Source of the DNA: Monocercomonoides exilis PA203 | Lineage: Eukaryota > Protista > Preaxostyla | Direction: 5' to 3' | Length of the DNA stretch: 64,000 bases | Assembly (NCBI GenBank): GCA_001643675.2 | Contig: LSRY02000005.1 | Location: 2,038,612 to 2,102,611, forward strand | Shown: piece by piece, positions 12,301 through 24,643 of the stretch | Layout: each line of letters begins with the position of its first letter | How positions within the stretch are numbered: the stretch's first letter is position 1 | Translations under genes and position numbers: made by a program | The notes under the pieces: generated by a model | Databases searched by the model: none | What the model was told of the DNA's origin: nothing | Seen by the model: only the letters and a program-made list of their open reading frames with translations

Positions 12301-14664
12301 CAATCGCATTCTCAATCACACAAAGATACGCAATCACAGAAACAGCATCAACAAGAAATAAAACAGAATGAACAGATGGTGTCTTCTCAATTGAATGCAG
12401 AATCAAACACATCCTCAGCCTCTGTTTTCACACAAAATGCTTCAATGTCATCGTCTGTCTCATCGCAACAGCAGTCTCTGTCTTCTTGTCCATCTGCTCC
12501 TTTCTACCAGTTTTCTGGCCATCCAATCAATTTCTGTGCTCTTTCATCAGAAGACATGATTCCCTCTTGTTCTTCCGCTTTTCCTAATCCTTCTCCACCA
12601 GCCATCAAACAGCTCATTCCATTCCTCGAGCCTCGCTCTCCTGAATATTACTACAGTCTCCTCAAACAAGGCAGTGACACATGCTCTGATGTTAATGCTA
12701 CTTCTAATTCAGTCATGGCTCATCTGTCTGTCAAATCTGCTCCTTTCGTTCCTCGTTCTCGCAATACTTCTACAACAGCCACACAAAACGTGTCTTCTCA
12801 ACAGAATTCGGAGGCTTCTGTGTCATCAGCCCAACAATCACTTCTGCTTTCTCTTGTTCCATCGCAGCAGACAAAAGAAGAAATGTTAGGACATTCTGTG
12901 GGTGTCAGGCGAATCATCAACAAGAGCAATTCAGTTGCATTGTATCGCTACTTGTCACAAGTGTTGTATTCTTCTTCTCTTTTGAATGTTTCTGCAGCCA
13001 AATTGAAAGAAGAAGCCACATTTGTCTCACCTCCTCTGCGCAGTCTTCTGAAGGAGATTGCAGAAGGAGTGGGGCATTTGCATCGTCAGTCGCTCATTTT
13101 GTGCTCTTTGCATCCACATTCAGTTACACTCAGCCAGTTTGGCACTCCTCAGATTGTTGATCTGCTGCTTGCACAGCACGTGGGGAAGAGGCAGAGCGAA
13201 GAGAATGATTCAACAAGCATTGACAACTGCGATGTGAGTATACAACAAATTTTGGAGGAGAAAATCAGAGAAGCGGAAGAAATGTCAAATGTTTCTCTTT
13301 CTTCGTCATTTTCTGGAGCAAATCTGAAACTGAATGATTCACAATTCGGAGAAAGCAGGCGAATTCCGCTGAAGGCGATAGACAAAGAGCATTGGCTGTG
13401 GTGTGCTCCTGAGCTTCTACTGAATGCGAGCATGTCATTCATTCATATGCAATCTTCGTCTTCTACTGAATCTTCATCTGAGAATGCAAACAATGGAACT
13501 TCCATTCGATATGACCAGATTCCTGTCATTCCACCACAACAACTAGCGAAGATGCCGTCTGCCTCGCAGCTGTCATCAAAAGAAGCAGTCGAATGGCGCA
13601 GGAAGCTCGCTGCGATGGACGAAGGAGAAGGTGTTTCTGTGCTTCTTCCGCCGGCTCATCCGTCGAGTGACATCTTTTCTCTGGGCACGCTTTTCTATGC
13701 TGTTCTCACAGGGCACCAGACTCCTCTTCAGCTTCATCTGTCTTCAGCTGCAAGCGCTGCAGAGGAGGCATCGAGTTCGTTCTCGATGTTTCAGTCTCAG
13801 CAGCCTGTTCTATCTAACAAGGCAAAGGCAAGAGCAAGATTCACATACACAAAGTCATCAAGCACTGCTGCTTCTTCATCATCTTCTTCGTCATCGTCTA
13901 ATTCAGCTTCAAATAATTCAACTTCCACTCCTTCTTCCTCTTCATCCTCCTCCTCCTCCTCTTCTTCAGTTGCTTCGTCTCTATCACCAGAAAAACAGGA
14001 AGTGGTGAAGATTGAGCATATGCAGCGTTCGATGCTACGTGTTACACAGTTTTTGCTTCGTTCTTCTCTTCAATCTTCTTCCTCATCTTCCTCCTCCTCC
14101 TCTTCTTCTTCTCTTTCTGCCACTTCCACATCTGCTGCCTCCACTCCTGTGTATTCCCTCTCATCCGTGTCTGATCCACTTGCCCGGCAGCTCCTCTCTC
14201 AAATGGTCACACTCTCCCCAGCCAGACGCCTCCCCATCTCTTCTGTTCTGTCTCATCCTTTCTTCTGGTCTGAGCCACAGCGCCTGCAGTTTCTGTTGGA
14301 CGTGAGCGATCTTCTGGCTGCTTCAGAGGCGCATTCGCCGATCTGCCTCGCGGTCGATGCTGAAAGTGGGGTGGTGATTGGCCAGCCTGCTGAGTGGGAT
14401 AAGCACATTCACCAGATTCTGTTTGAAGAAGGAGCAAAGAGCAGAAAGTACAGCACAACATCAGTCATCCATCTTCTGTCGTTCATCTGCGAGAACAAAC
14501 GCAGATACCCTGCTCTGTCTCAGCAGGCCAAGAGCATTCTGCCTCCTCCTCCGGGGCCTTTCCTCAACTACTTTTTGATGAATTTCCCGGAGTTGCTGTC
14601 AGCTTTATACAGAAGTGTCAGACCTTTCATTGTGAATGATCCTCAATTTTCTGATTATTTTTGA
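6332..14664 (+). CDS. IRE1: IRE1-like protein (signal peptide, luminal domain, TM, kinase-like, KEN/RNase-like) with large poly-Ser insertions; introns 6554-6649 and 6973-7037
   Basis: Luminal motifs are VGTLDGMIHSLD..GHTEWT, LPYALDDFIAACPF and VGRVTYTL. The kinase fold shows HPNI, WCAPELL, SDIFSLG and VLSHPFFWSEPQRLQFLLDVSD. The KEN region shows RKYSTTSV..LL and FLNYFLMNFPELL. Both introns are GT-AG and join the ORFs in frame. Confidence 0.9.
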
Positions 14665-15399
14665 TAGTCTCTTTCATTCATTACTGCTTTTTTAGATTTT
14701 TCTTTGAATATGAAATAGTTAATGCTTTTTTTAATGTGTTTTCTTTAATGTTTTTCTTTTTTTTCATAATTTGCTTGAGTAGTTGCAATGTGTTTTGTCT
14801 GTTTGCTCTTTTTAGTGTTTGTTGTGATTTGTTACTTTTGTGTTTGAGGGCTTTTGACTCATTTTTCTTTGAATTGAATGTCTATTTTGTTCACTCTTCC
14901 TTTGTGAATTTATCTTTTATTGTTATTTTTATACATAACTTATATTTTATTAAAGCCAAAATGTGGCTCATCTCTTGAAAACTCCTCCATCCGGTTGCGC
15001 GATGGATGTGTGTTCTGAGCATTGCTTAATTTTCTGTTAGAAATATCTCAAGTTTTGTTTTTGTTTGAAAAAGTTTTTCATTTTCATTCAATTTTCAATT
15101 AAGAAACAAATAGATTTGCTTTCACTATATCCAAAGTTTATTTATTGGGAAAAACAAACCTTATTTCAAACTAATGTCAATGTGATTATTCAAAAAAAAT
15201 TGAAAAACAAAAATTAATTTTTATTCTTAAATAAGACTTTTATTGCTTTTTCATTATCTCCATTTTAATTCTACAGAAAATGACAACTTCCAATAAAACA
15301 CAAACAAAAAGTAGTCATCAAACTTGCTAAATAACTAAAAATTGGTTATTAACAATGAAAACAGCAAACAGCAAAAAAAATGAAGGAAAAGAGATTAGT

Positions 15400-17945
15400 T
15401 CAGACAAGACCAAGGAAAGGCATTGAGAATTCTTCACATTTGTGTTTATCGTTCATTTTTATTGGCTTTCTGCACAATGGACAAGACGGATGATGGTGGA
15501 TCCTAAAATTGAAGGATAATGATCCATGTTTATTATGAAAAATAATAAGCAAATGATTATGTTTGAATTTCAAATATTGAATGAAAGAAAAAGAAGAAGA
15601 TGAAAAGGAAAAAGTTAGAAAAAGCCACATAGATAGCAATCGTCAATAATGTTGTATCCCAAACCATGAAGCTATGCAGTCGTTGCAGTAAACGTGGTGG
15701 CAGTTCAACTCGACTGGCTGTGTGAATGAATCGTAACAGATGGAACATCTGTCTTCTGCTCTTTTCTTCTGCTCGGCCTTCGAAAGAAAGCGACCAGCAA
15801 CCTGAAATGCATCGGATTCATCATTCAAGAAGAGCAAATGTCAAATGGAAAATTAATTCAATTGAAAAAAATTAAGTTGAAAAGGTCTTTCATTTTTGTA
15901 ATAATTCGAGCAAACAGCCTGGTTTGTCCACAATGGATACAACGCTGAGACAAGCTGCCAAAGAAGAACACATGACTGCAACACTTTGCAAGCACCATAT
16001 ACAATCGACAAAGAGTTGGAACTTCACAGTTTGTTAAATAATTGAAGGAAGAATAAAGAAATAAACAAAAGAATGAAAGAAACATGTTAACAGAAAATAT
16101 CACAAAAACCATTTCAATTCATTCATACTCTGTTTGTGCTGAAAAGAACTTGATAAATGGAGGCCAAACGAAAAAAGGCATCCACAATCTCGGGAATGCA
16201 AAACATAGAGAAATGACGCAAAAGAGTCTGTGTAAAAGAGATACAGAAAATTGAGGAGAATTAGAAAACGAATCTGTGAAATTTGGCAAGACTTCAGAAT
16301 GAGAAGGTGAAGAAGAAGGTGATGTGAATGAGAGTAATGGTAAATTTTCAAATTGCTGTTCAGTTTCTTCTTCGCCATTCTCAAGATGAGGTGAATTTGA
16401 AGAGTTAGCGGGAGGTGTTTCAGAGGAAGGAAAGAAATGAAGTTGAAGTGAATTTGTTTCTTCATTTCCCAATGTAACTCCTTCATTTTCACTGTTTGAA
16501 TCAGCACCGAAGATTCCTTGAGAATTGTTATCTGTGTGAATGCTTTCAATATTCTCCGCTATCTGCGAATTTTCTTCGTTATTGAACTGTGATTCGCTTC
16601 CCTCAATTGCTTCAGGACTTCCCAATTCGTCAGTTCCTTCAGCATCAGTAATCACAGCAGTTTGTTCGTGTGGAGATGTCTTTCCAAGCCTTTTGCAAAC
16701 ACAAGGTCCAATTGCCCTTACGAATAGCTGAACTGAACAAGACAAAAGCATGAATGCAGTATCTTTTAAAAAAATATTTTTTTTGGTGAATTTGGTGAAA
16801 AACCTCCAATAATCAAATGCGAAATATTACACAAACCTAACGAAATCAAACAAAGTAAACATCCACTAAAAGCATGGATATGATCATCTTCCTTTTGCCG
16901 AAAATAATCTATTGTCCCATCATCAGTTAATAAATTTGTTGAAGGATTTTTCTTGTAGTGACAATTGAGTTTTTCTTCATCGCTCTCAATAAGTTCGTTC
17001 TTTAAATTTACATTGTTGGAATTTGCAGCAAGTGAGGCAATGAACATTGCTCGCTCTTTTGCAAAAGGATGCTGATCGTCTGTTAAAGATTGTGAAAGTG
17101 GAATTGAAGAAAATATATCATCAATTGGTTCGGCATCAATTCGTAATGCATCATTTTCATACAAAGAAGAACGGATTATTTGATTTTCATCTTCTGAGAG
17201 GATGAAATTTGTTTTCATTTTTTCTTGCATCTCTGAACTATCTTTGGTCGCTCCTTTTATAAAATTGTACGGTGCTGGTATATTCGCATTTCTCAAATTG
17301 TCTTTTCCACATTTTTCATCAGAGTTAAAAGGAGTTGGATTCGGACTTGATTGTATTTTTTCTTGAAGAAAAGCAACGATTTTATCAAAAAAGGGGAAGA
17401 TAGGTGTTTTCGGTTCATCAATTTGCTTGTAACATTTCTTTATCTCATTATCATTTTGTCTTTGTTTTTTAGCATTAAATACAATTAAATTTGAAGATGT
17501 CTGCTTTAAATTTATTGGAGGTGTTGAAAGTATTTCGTATGCTACATCTTTTGCTGCTTCAAATCTTAGCGAAGAAAATGTCACTGCTAGAAATAGACCT
17601 CCACACGCAATAAATATATTTGCAAACAGAAATGAATAAAACGAAAGGCATAGGTCAATCTTTTTTGTTGATTGAAAGGTTGGTTTTGTGCGACGAACAA
17701 TGTAATTTAGAACTGTTGTCCTACCACATAAAAGAAATAAAAATGATGACATAAATTGCAATTAAAGATTTGTATTTTATCATACTTTAACACCCAAATA
17801 ACATTAGCATCATTGCGAAAATATTATTACCAACCTAAAAAAGATCAATAATGTGAAAATACAAATTTTTCAAGAACTTATAAAGTTGGCATTCGCTATG
17901 CAGTTATTTTACACAAAATAAAAAAGACAAACATATGACAATCAT
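15400..17945 (-). CDS. Multi-pass membrane protein with a C-terminal C3HC4 RING finger (putative E3 ligase); 5' end approximate
   Basis: The RING reads CSICYDSFTQPVELNCHHVYCNDCIASWF ... HPSCPLCRKP and is split by an intron. Hydrophobic segments occur in ORFs 16766-17761 and 16119-16751, which are joined by a 1-nt shift in the A7 run at 16768-16774. Confidence 0.7.
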
Positions 17946-17983
17946 AAAAATGAAAAGTGAAGGATCACATGATTCCAAAAAGA

Positions 17984-18055
17984 AGCCCCGAGAGGGAATT
18001 GAACCCTCGACCTTATGCTTACAAGGCATACGCACTGCCACTATGCTACCGAGGC
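17984..18055 (-). tRNA. tRNA-Thr(TGT)
   Basis: The reverse complement is GCCTCGGTAGCATAGTGGCAGTGCGTATGC-CTTGTAA-GCATAAGGTCGAGGGTTCAATTCCCTCTCGGGGCT. It forms a cloverleaf with anticodon TGT and T-loop GTTCAAT, followed by a T-run Pol III terminator. Confidence 0.93.
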
Positions 18056-19251
18056 TGTTGATTTTTCAAATTTTCTTCATTCATTATATTGATTAATTTT
18101 TCATCCATTTTTCTATTTCCTGTACGTGGTTTTTTTTTTTTTTTTTGTATTTGTTTTATCTTTTAGCACTATAATTCTTTTATCATTATGTTTTTTCTAT
18201 AACACTTGGCGATCTCATGAAAAAAGTTTGTCATGTCTGTCAAATTTTTTTCCACTTTCAAATTTTTTAACAAAAAATTTCAAATTAAAAATTATAATAA
18301 AAAAATATAAAATTAAAAAAAAAATAAATAAAAATTTTAATCATTTTCTGATGACATTCATTTGTGTCAGATTTTCTCTATTAATAATAGTTTCCTCAAT
18401 AGAATTTCTCATTTGAAAGTTTTTTTTATTTATTCAAAATGAATTTATTTGGAAAACTCCAATTTGCTTTTATTGTCATTCAAGCTAAACAACAGGAATA
18501 TCTAAAGTTTGTTGTCAATTGATCAACATCACAATTCGATAATAAAACGATTGTTTTTAAATTATTCACAACATTTTGTTTTGTGAAACGGTTTTATTTT
18601 CGAGAAAGAAAATAAGAATTTATCTGCATGAAAATTTAAATGGAGTAATTATCTGAGAAATCATAACTGTTTTGGATGTGTTGTTATTTTCAAAGTTGAT
18701 TGTCTTTGGAAAGGAAATTAGTATCCAAATCCAAAATTCATTTCAATTGTTTCAAAAACAGCAGTTTTTGCTGAAATATTGAAAAAGTTGCCTTTGATAA
18801 GCTTTTTCATTTTCGGGTGTATATTTGTTGATACTCAAGGGAAATTTTCGTTTCAAAATATTTTATTGATGATATCAAATTTCAAAAATAATTGTCCAAA
18901 AAATGAAAGGTATTTTTAATTTCTTTGATAGAATTGAAAAATTATTATATTTTTTATCACTTTCATGATACTTTAACGTGAATTATTTTCAATTTCAGAA
19001 TGAATAAACTGAGATTAATGAAAACATTGAATAATTTTGGAACACTGTCGTTTCAAAAATGATTTTGTAAGGAATTTATGTTGTGAAGGCATTCTTTGTA
19101 TCAATGATTTGAAGTTGATTTTCAAAATTATAAATGGTGAAGTTTTTTTTAATTGTTTTTTTGTTTCATTAATATCTTATTAAAAAATAGTTGGTCTTTA
19201 ACCCCAGGATCAATTGAAATATCATTTCTTTTATCTTTCCTTTTTGTTTTA

Positions 19252-20576
19252 CACTGCTCATCTAAATGATGTGACTCTAAAGATATTTATTAACTTTTTT
19301 TATTATTATTTAAGTTAAAGTCTGTTGTTAAAATCTATCAATAAGAAAATTATTGAATGATATTTATTATTCATCTGTTTTTTGTTTTAGATAAAAGGCT
19401 TGATAAATATTAGAAAAAAATGTTTGTTTTCATATTTTACAGGAAACGTTATTCAAAAAAATGTAGTCAGGAAAAAGATAATTATTCGTGAATTATAAAA
19501 GCATTAATTCAAAAAAAGAAATAATTCACAAATAAAACAAAATGACAAGTATTTTTAAAAGTCCATTCAAAATAAAAATTCATTCACTTCTCGATCAAGG
19601 AAAAGGAAGAAACGAAATTGCTCGTTTGTTGAATATTTTCGTTAACACAGAAAAATTTATATTAAAACAAACCATGTGCAATCAAAACGGCATGTCAGTC
19701 GCAAACTTTGAAGGCCAGTTATTCAAACGCCTTCTTTGTTGAGGAAAGCATAAAAAGAATCATTATATATGCAAATTCAAAGAGTCAGAGATCAAACAGA
19801 TAACATTGGAGTGAATTGCTGCAATTCCACTGCTCATTGATTATTTCGCTTAATAAATAGAAAAGATCCAAAGAGAAAAATCAATCATTTCCTATCAAAG
19901 AATGCTCGCATGAAGAGCTATGTATTTACTGAAAAACATTAAAGGAATGATGAATTATTGGATCCAATTATCTTCGCTGATGCAAAAAAATTCAATTTAT
20001 TTGACCAGATAAAACAAGAATATAATAGATTGAATACAATAATGAGGAAATATTCGATCAAAAAAGTCAGTATACACATGAAAAATAAAGATATTTGTCG
20101 AAGTGTGTTATTATTTCAAATCACCAATTGTTATTGTTATCGAAACAATGAATTCTGAGGAATATTGTTGAATTGTGAAAATTTCATAGATTCCTAATTC
20201 ACGTAAGTAGTTCAAAAATAATATTAGATTTTTCCAAGACAATTCACATATTCATCGATCTTTAAATGTGCAAAATGAAATCAGAGATTTTTCAATCACC
20301 GGCGTAGAATGGCCTCCTTATTCTCCGGAATTTATATCATCGAAAACGTGTGGAGTATTTAAACAAGGAAATTTTTCAAAGATGGAAAACCTTAGAAAAA
20401 TGTGAATGAGTTGAAACAATCAATTTTGGCTGACTGGAATGAAATTGAAATGGATATAATTAATGAACTTGTTCATTCGATGTTCAAACGCCTCAAAACA
20501 GTTGTTTTGAATGACGGAGGATAAATCAACTATTGATATATTTTTATTATGTTATTCGTTTTAATATTTGGAATTT

Positions 20577-20610
<34 letters not shown>

Positions 20611-20753
20611 AAAAAAGATAAAAAATTTATCTCTATTGCTAAGCATTAAAATGTCTGATAATAACAACAACTGAATGAAAATTTTCTCTTTCTTAACTGC
20701 TGGTTCATATTTTCAATTTCAAAAAGTGGATTAGTTGTTTTTGATGGTCGGTG
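19252..20753 (+). mobile_element. Degenerate Tc1-like DNA transposon (~1.5 kb) with decayed TIRs and flanking TA dinucleotides
   Basis: The left end TA|CACTGCTCATCTAAA resembles the reverse complement of the right end, TA|CACCGACCATCAAAA. A decayed transposase lies inside. Confidence 0.65.
19542..20536 (+). pseudogene. Tc1-family DD34E transposase pseudogene
   Basis: Motifs include an HTH (GKGRNEIARLLNI), IIFADAKKFNL (cf. VIFSDEKKFNL), FQDNSHIHRS, EWPPYSPE../IENVWS and NELVHSMFKRLKTVVLNDGG. There are many stops and frameshifts, and about 34 residues separate the second D from the E. Confidence 0.85.
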
Positions 20754-21136
20754 TAATATTATCGAATTAAACTAATTTTACAAAAATAATAACATCATGA
20801 CACAAACCCATAACATTTTCCAAGAAAAATAAATAGTCCGAAAGCAAAAATATATAACTTATAGTTATTTCAATTTCACGCAACATTTATCATCATTCGT
20901 AAATAATTCCTTGTAAATTTCTACACAATATCATAAATATCCGAAAATCTTTCACCAATAAACCAGATTATCAGCACAAAGAACTTAGATAATAAAATAT
21001 TCGGACAATTTCAAACGAAAATCACAACATAAAGATTTCTAAACAAAATGGTTCAAAAATTATGAATAAAAAAATTTTCAGAATGTCATCGAAGAATTCA
21101 AAGTGCAAGAAATAAACACTGCATGCTGATTTTGAT

Positions 21137-22684
21137 TCAACATCTATCTAACTCCAGTTTCAATGATTTACTAATTTTTATCATCTTCTTCCTAACCCTG
21201 CGATATTCTCTATTTTTATTTTCGGTTATCCGATCATATCCAGCGTTTTCCCAAAAATCTACAACATCTCCTGAAATAATCATTGACATCATAAGCGGTG
21301 CATAAAACATATAAGCCAATAAACATAAATCAACTGGAAGCAGAACAAGAGCAAATGGTTTCACAATTCCATCGGCCCACAAAGCACATAAAATTTGTAC
21401 AATTTCAGCAGCAATATGCAAAATGAATATTGGGCGACTTGCTATCCAGCAACAAAATTCATTTCCTACTGACCAAAAGTAAAATGCTCCAACTGCAAAA
21501 TACAAATAATTTCCTGCAGCAGCAACTGACCATGGAACATCCCATCCAGCGTCTTTCTTCAGCACGTTCAGCACAAAACCCACTAATTTTATAAAAATGC
21601 ATAAATATGCACAAAAACGTGCCTTCATTTCTTTGCGACCTTGCTCTTTTCCAGTTATGTATATCTCAAGGGCAAATGGAGCTAAAATAAGTAAGAGAAG
21701 CTCTGGAATTCCAGCTAAACAAAGCCATTCAACCCCGAGTCCATCTGCAAAAACAGAAAAACACAAAATACTGGTGGGAAACAACACGATTGTGAAAAGT
21801 TGAAGAAACGTAAAATCAATCAAATAGAACAATAATGGAAAATATAGAATAAATCCAAGAAAGAAAAACGATCCCGCAGTTGTGAACATATAAAAAAATC
21901 CACTCACTTTCATTGAAGATTGACAATTATAACCTGCAATGTGCAATGTAACCAAGCCAAATATCATGCTTATAACTGAAAGTGAAAAAAATGGAATCAT
22001 GAGGATACTGCAAATCTTATAACTTTTTCGGTATCTATATTCATCACAAAAACAATCAAAAATATCAAAAGATGTTGATTTGCATTTTGATAGTTGTAAT
22101 AAATGTGTTTTATATATCCTGAATGAGGGAATGAAATTTATAACAAAAATATTCAACACATTATTTCAAAAAGTTAAGTGTCAGAAAAGAAAATTAAAAA
22201 TACTTGGAATAATCGAAAAAATCAAAATATACCGATATGTTTCTTTAAAGCCTTTAGGAGAAAATTTGTAGATATGAGCATTATCACAATCCTTACCAAA
22301 CATTCAACACTTTAAAAGAAGAAATAAATATCAAACTTCAATAATTTCAGGAGAAAACTGAAGTAACGGTTCTTTTTTATCTCTGTTCAAGAAAAATTCA
22401 TTGTAATTATCATGAATTATTTTTTCTGTTTCACTTTTCCACAATGAGTCGATATTTGAAACTCGATGAAACTGATGGTTTACTTTTCTTAATGCTTTGA
22501 ACGTTGGAAAATCGCAATTTCGAAAAATCCTATTTGCAAATAGAAAGAAACAATTTTATACATGAGAGACATAAGAATGAACCACACATTTCGATTATTT
22601 CATCTGGTAGCTCAGCTGCAAGCAAAATGCATAAATCAAACGAAATTCAAGCTCCATTTCAACAAACAAACCGAATAAATTCAT
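21137..22684 (-). CDS. F-box protein fused to a multi-pass membrane region (TMEM185/Fragile-X-F-like repeats), multi-exon
   Basis: The spliced N-terminus reads MNLFAELPDEIIEM|IFRNCDFPTFKALRKVNHQFHRVSNIDSLWKS (intron 22530-22587). ORF 21137-22159 has multiple TM helices with FADG..W..P, LKKD..W..PW and LWADG..LLP repeats. Confidence 0.7.
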
Positions 22685-23306
22685 AAATATTTTTGGAATT
22701 GTGCAAAATATTTTGAATTATCTCAATAGATGAACAAGACAAAAAAATTCATAGCTTCCATAACATTAATTATTGCCATCTATTTTTCCATTTTTAACGA
22801 AAGATTTCAAAAATTTGTAATGGACATGTTAACAAATAATTTGTGATATAACTCCAAAAAGCTTTTTATTAATTCCATTTTCCTTTTAAATTATTTTGTA
22901 GAGCTTTTATCAACAACAATTTTATCGTTGAATCAAAATAGCTCTTCTTAAAGAAAAATATTCAAAAAAGCACAAAGAGTGGTCCACCCCAAAAAAATCT
23001 GCTGAAATAGAAATTTTTATGCTGTCTTTTATCGAATATCTTTCTTATGAAAATTTTTCTGCTTTTTCAATTGTTTTGATTTATAATTTTGATTTGCAAG
23101 CTTTGATTTCTTTTTTGAAAGAATTTATTTCATATTTTCTTATTCATGTTATCGTTTCGCATATGATATTATTTGTTTTTTTAAACCAATATTTTCTGTT
23201 TTTCACAATCTAAAAATGTGGAGAAATATATTGCATTTAAGATCAAAACAGAAAATCGTTCTGAACGAAATATTGCCCTTTTCAGTAACATTATTCAAAA
23301 CTGCAC

Positions 23307-24172
23307 ATGTATAAACAAGACATAAAAGTGATAGCAAAGGGAAAATGGCTCACTTTGCAAGCAGCTCGCTTTAAAGACGCAAAAGGAAGAGAAATTGAGT
23401 GGGAAATGACAAAAGGAAACATTATTAATGAAAAAACTCAAGCAGTGGAAATAATATCTCTCTTGGTGCAAAAAGAAAAGAAGCCACAGCTTATTTTGAT
23501 TAAGCAATATCGAGCACCTTGTTTGACTTCCATTTATGAAATAACAACATAAGATTTGAAATTGATTGAATTTAGCAAATATGATGCTAATTGAATTTCC
23601 TGCTGGTATTGTTCCACCAGGCGTTGATCCTGCTGCGCATGCAGTTCAAGAACTTTATGTTTGCAATTTGATTTAGGTTTTGGATGAATGTTAGAATCTG
23701 AAACACATTCTATTCACTTTTATTAAAGGAAGAAACTGGTTACATTGCAACAATACCAAAAACCGATGAGAAAATACCAGATTCAAGTTTTACAGAAAGT
23801 ACAAAAATGGATGATGAAATACCGTCTTCTTCTACGTCTTCTTCAAAATTTCCATCTTTCTCTGATTTATCTGTGCTTGCCTCAATTTCCGAACCCGTGA
23901 TGGTAAGTCCTGCATTTAGTTGTACGCGATCCACAGTGGTCACATTTGTTGTTGATGGTGATTTACCAGAAAATAAAAATCCACAAGCACACAACGTTGA
24001 GGAGGAAGGAGAGATAACGGAACCTCTTCTCGTTGATTTTGACGAACATCTGATGGAACGGCTGAATGAAATGGCCAAAGTTGAAAATCAAGCAATAGAT
24101 GGAAGAGTGTATATGTTTGCAAAAGGTGTATCAACTGCATTGTCTCTCTCAAAGATGTTGAATAAAGAATGA
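23307..24172 (+). CDS. Nudix hydrolase, ADP-ribose pyrophosphatase (NUDT5/Ysa1)-like; introns 23521-23575 and 23659-23728
   Basis: Motifs are KGKWLTL..FKDAKG..EWEM, ILIKQYRAP, IEFPAG..QELYEETGY, NVEEEGEITE and IDGRVYMFA. The introns restore the frame. Confidence 0.88.
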
Positions 24173-24643
24173 AATGTAAAGTTATTTTGTATTTATTTTC
24201 AATTATTTTGTTGTTTTTTTAAACCAACTCCTTCCATTGGAAGATATACATTCAGTAAGATGAATTTTAGTATTTAAATTTGTACAATTATGTTGAATTC
24301 ATTTTTATTTTGTAGTTGCCTACAAAATGCATTTTTTATTTATTTGGCAATTCTTGAAAAAATAATGAATACAAATCATTTAACTGAAAAATAAAAAAAT
24401 TTTTTGTGTGTTGAAAATAAAAATAACTTCAACAAATCGAAGAATATCTTGAATACATATGGACATCCAAAATATTTAATCACAAAAAGTGGATGTCTTT
24501 AGATTGTAACATTTGTACATGGAAAAATAAATGAAAATGATGTTTTGAATCATAAAAATGAAATATCTGAAAGAATTTCAAAAATAAAGACAACATAATG
24601 ATAAAACAATTTCTGCTACAAGATCTTTAACGCTTTCAAACAT

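Noticed and set aside
7203-14578. Many antisense or alternate-frame ORFs over the IRE1 gene (likewise over the 3138-aa gene)
   Set aside because: They are by-products of stop-poor Ser microsatellite codons and show no independent motifs.
16752-16790. Break between ORFs 16766-17761 and 16119-16751 as two genes or a programmed frameshift
   Set aside because: The break falls in adjacent A7/T8 homopolymers, so a 1-nt assembly error is the simpler explanation.
18044-18108. Short minus-strand ORF (MDEKLINIMNEENLK..) running into the tRNA, suggesting an intronic tRNA in the RING gene
   Set aside because: No convincing splice acceptor links it to the downstream exons, so it cannot be supported.
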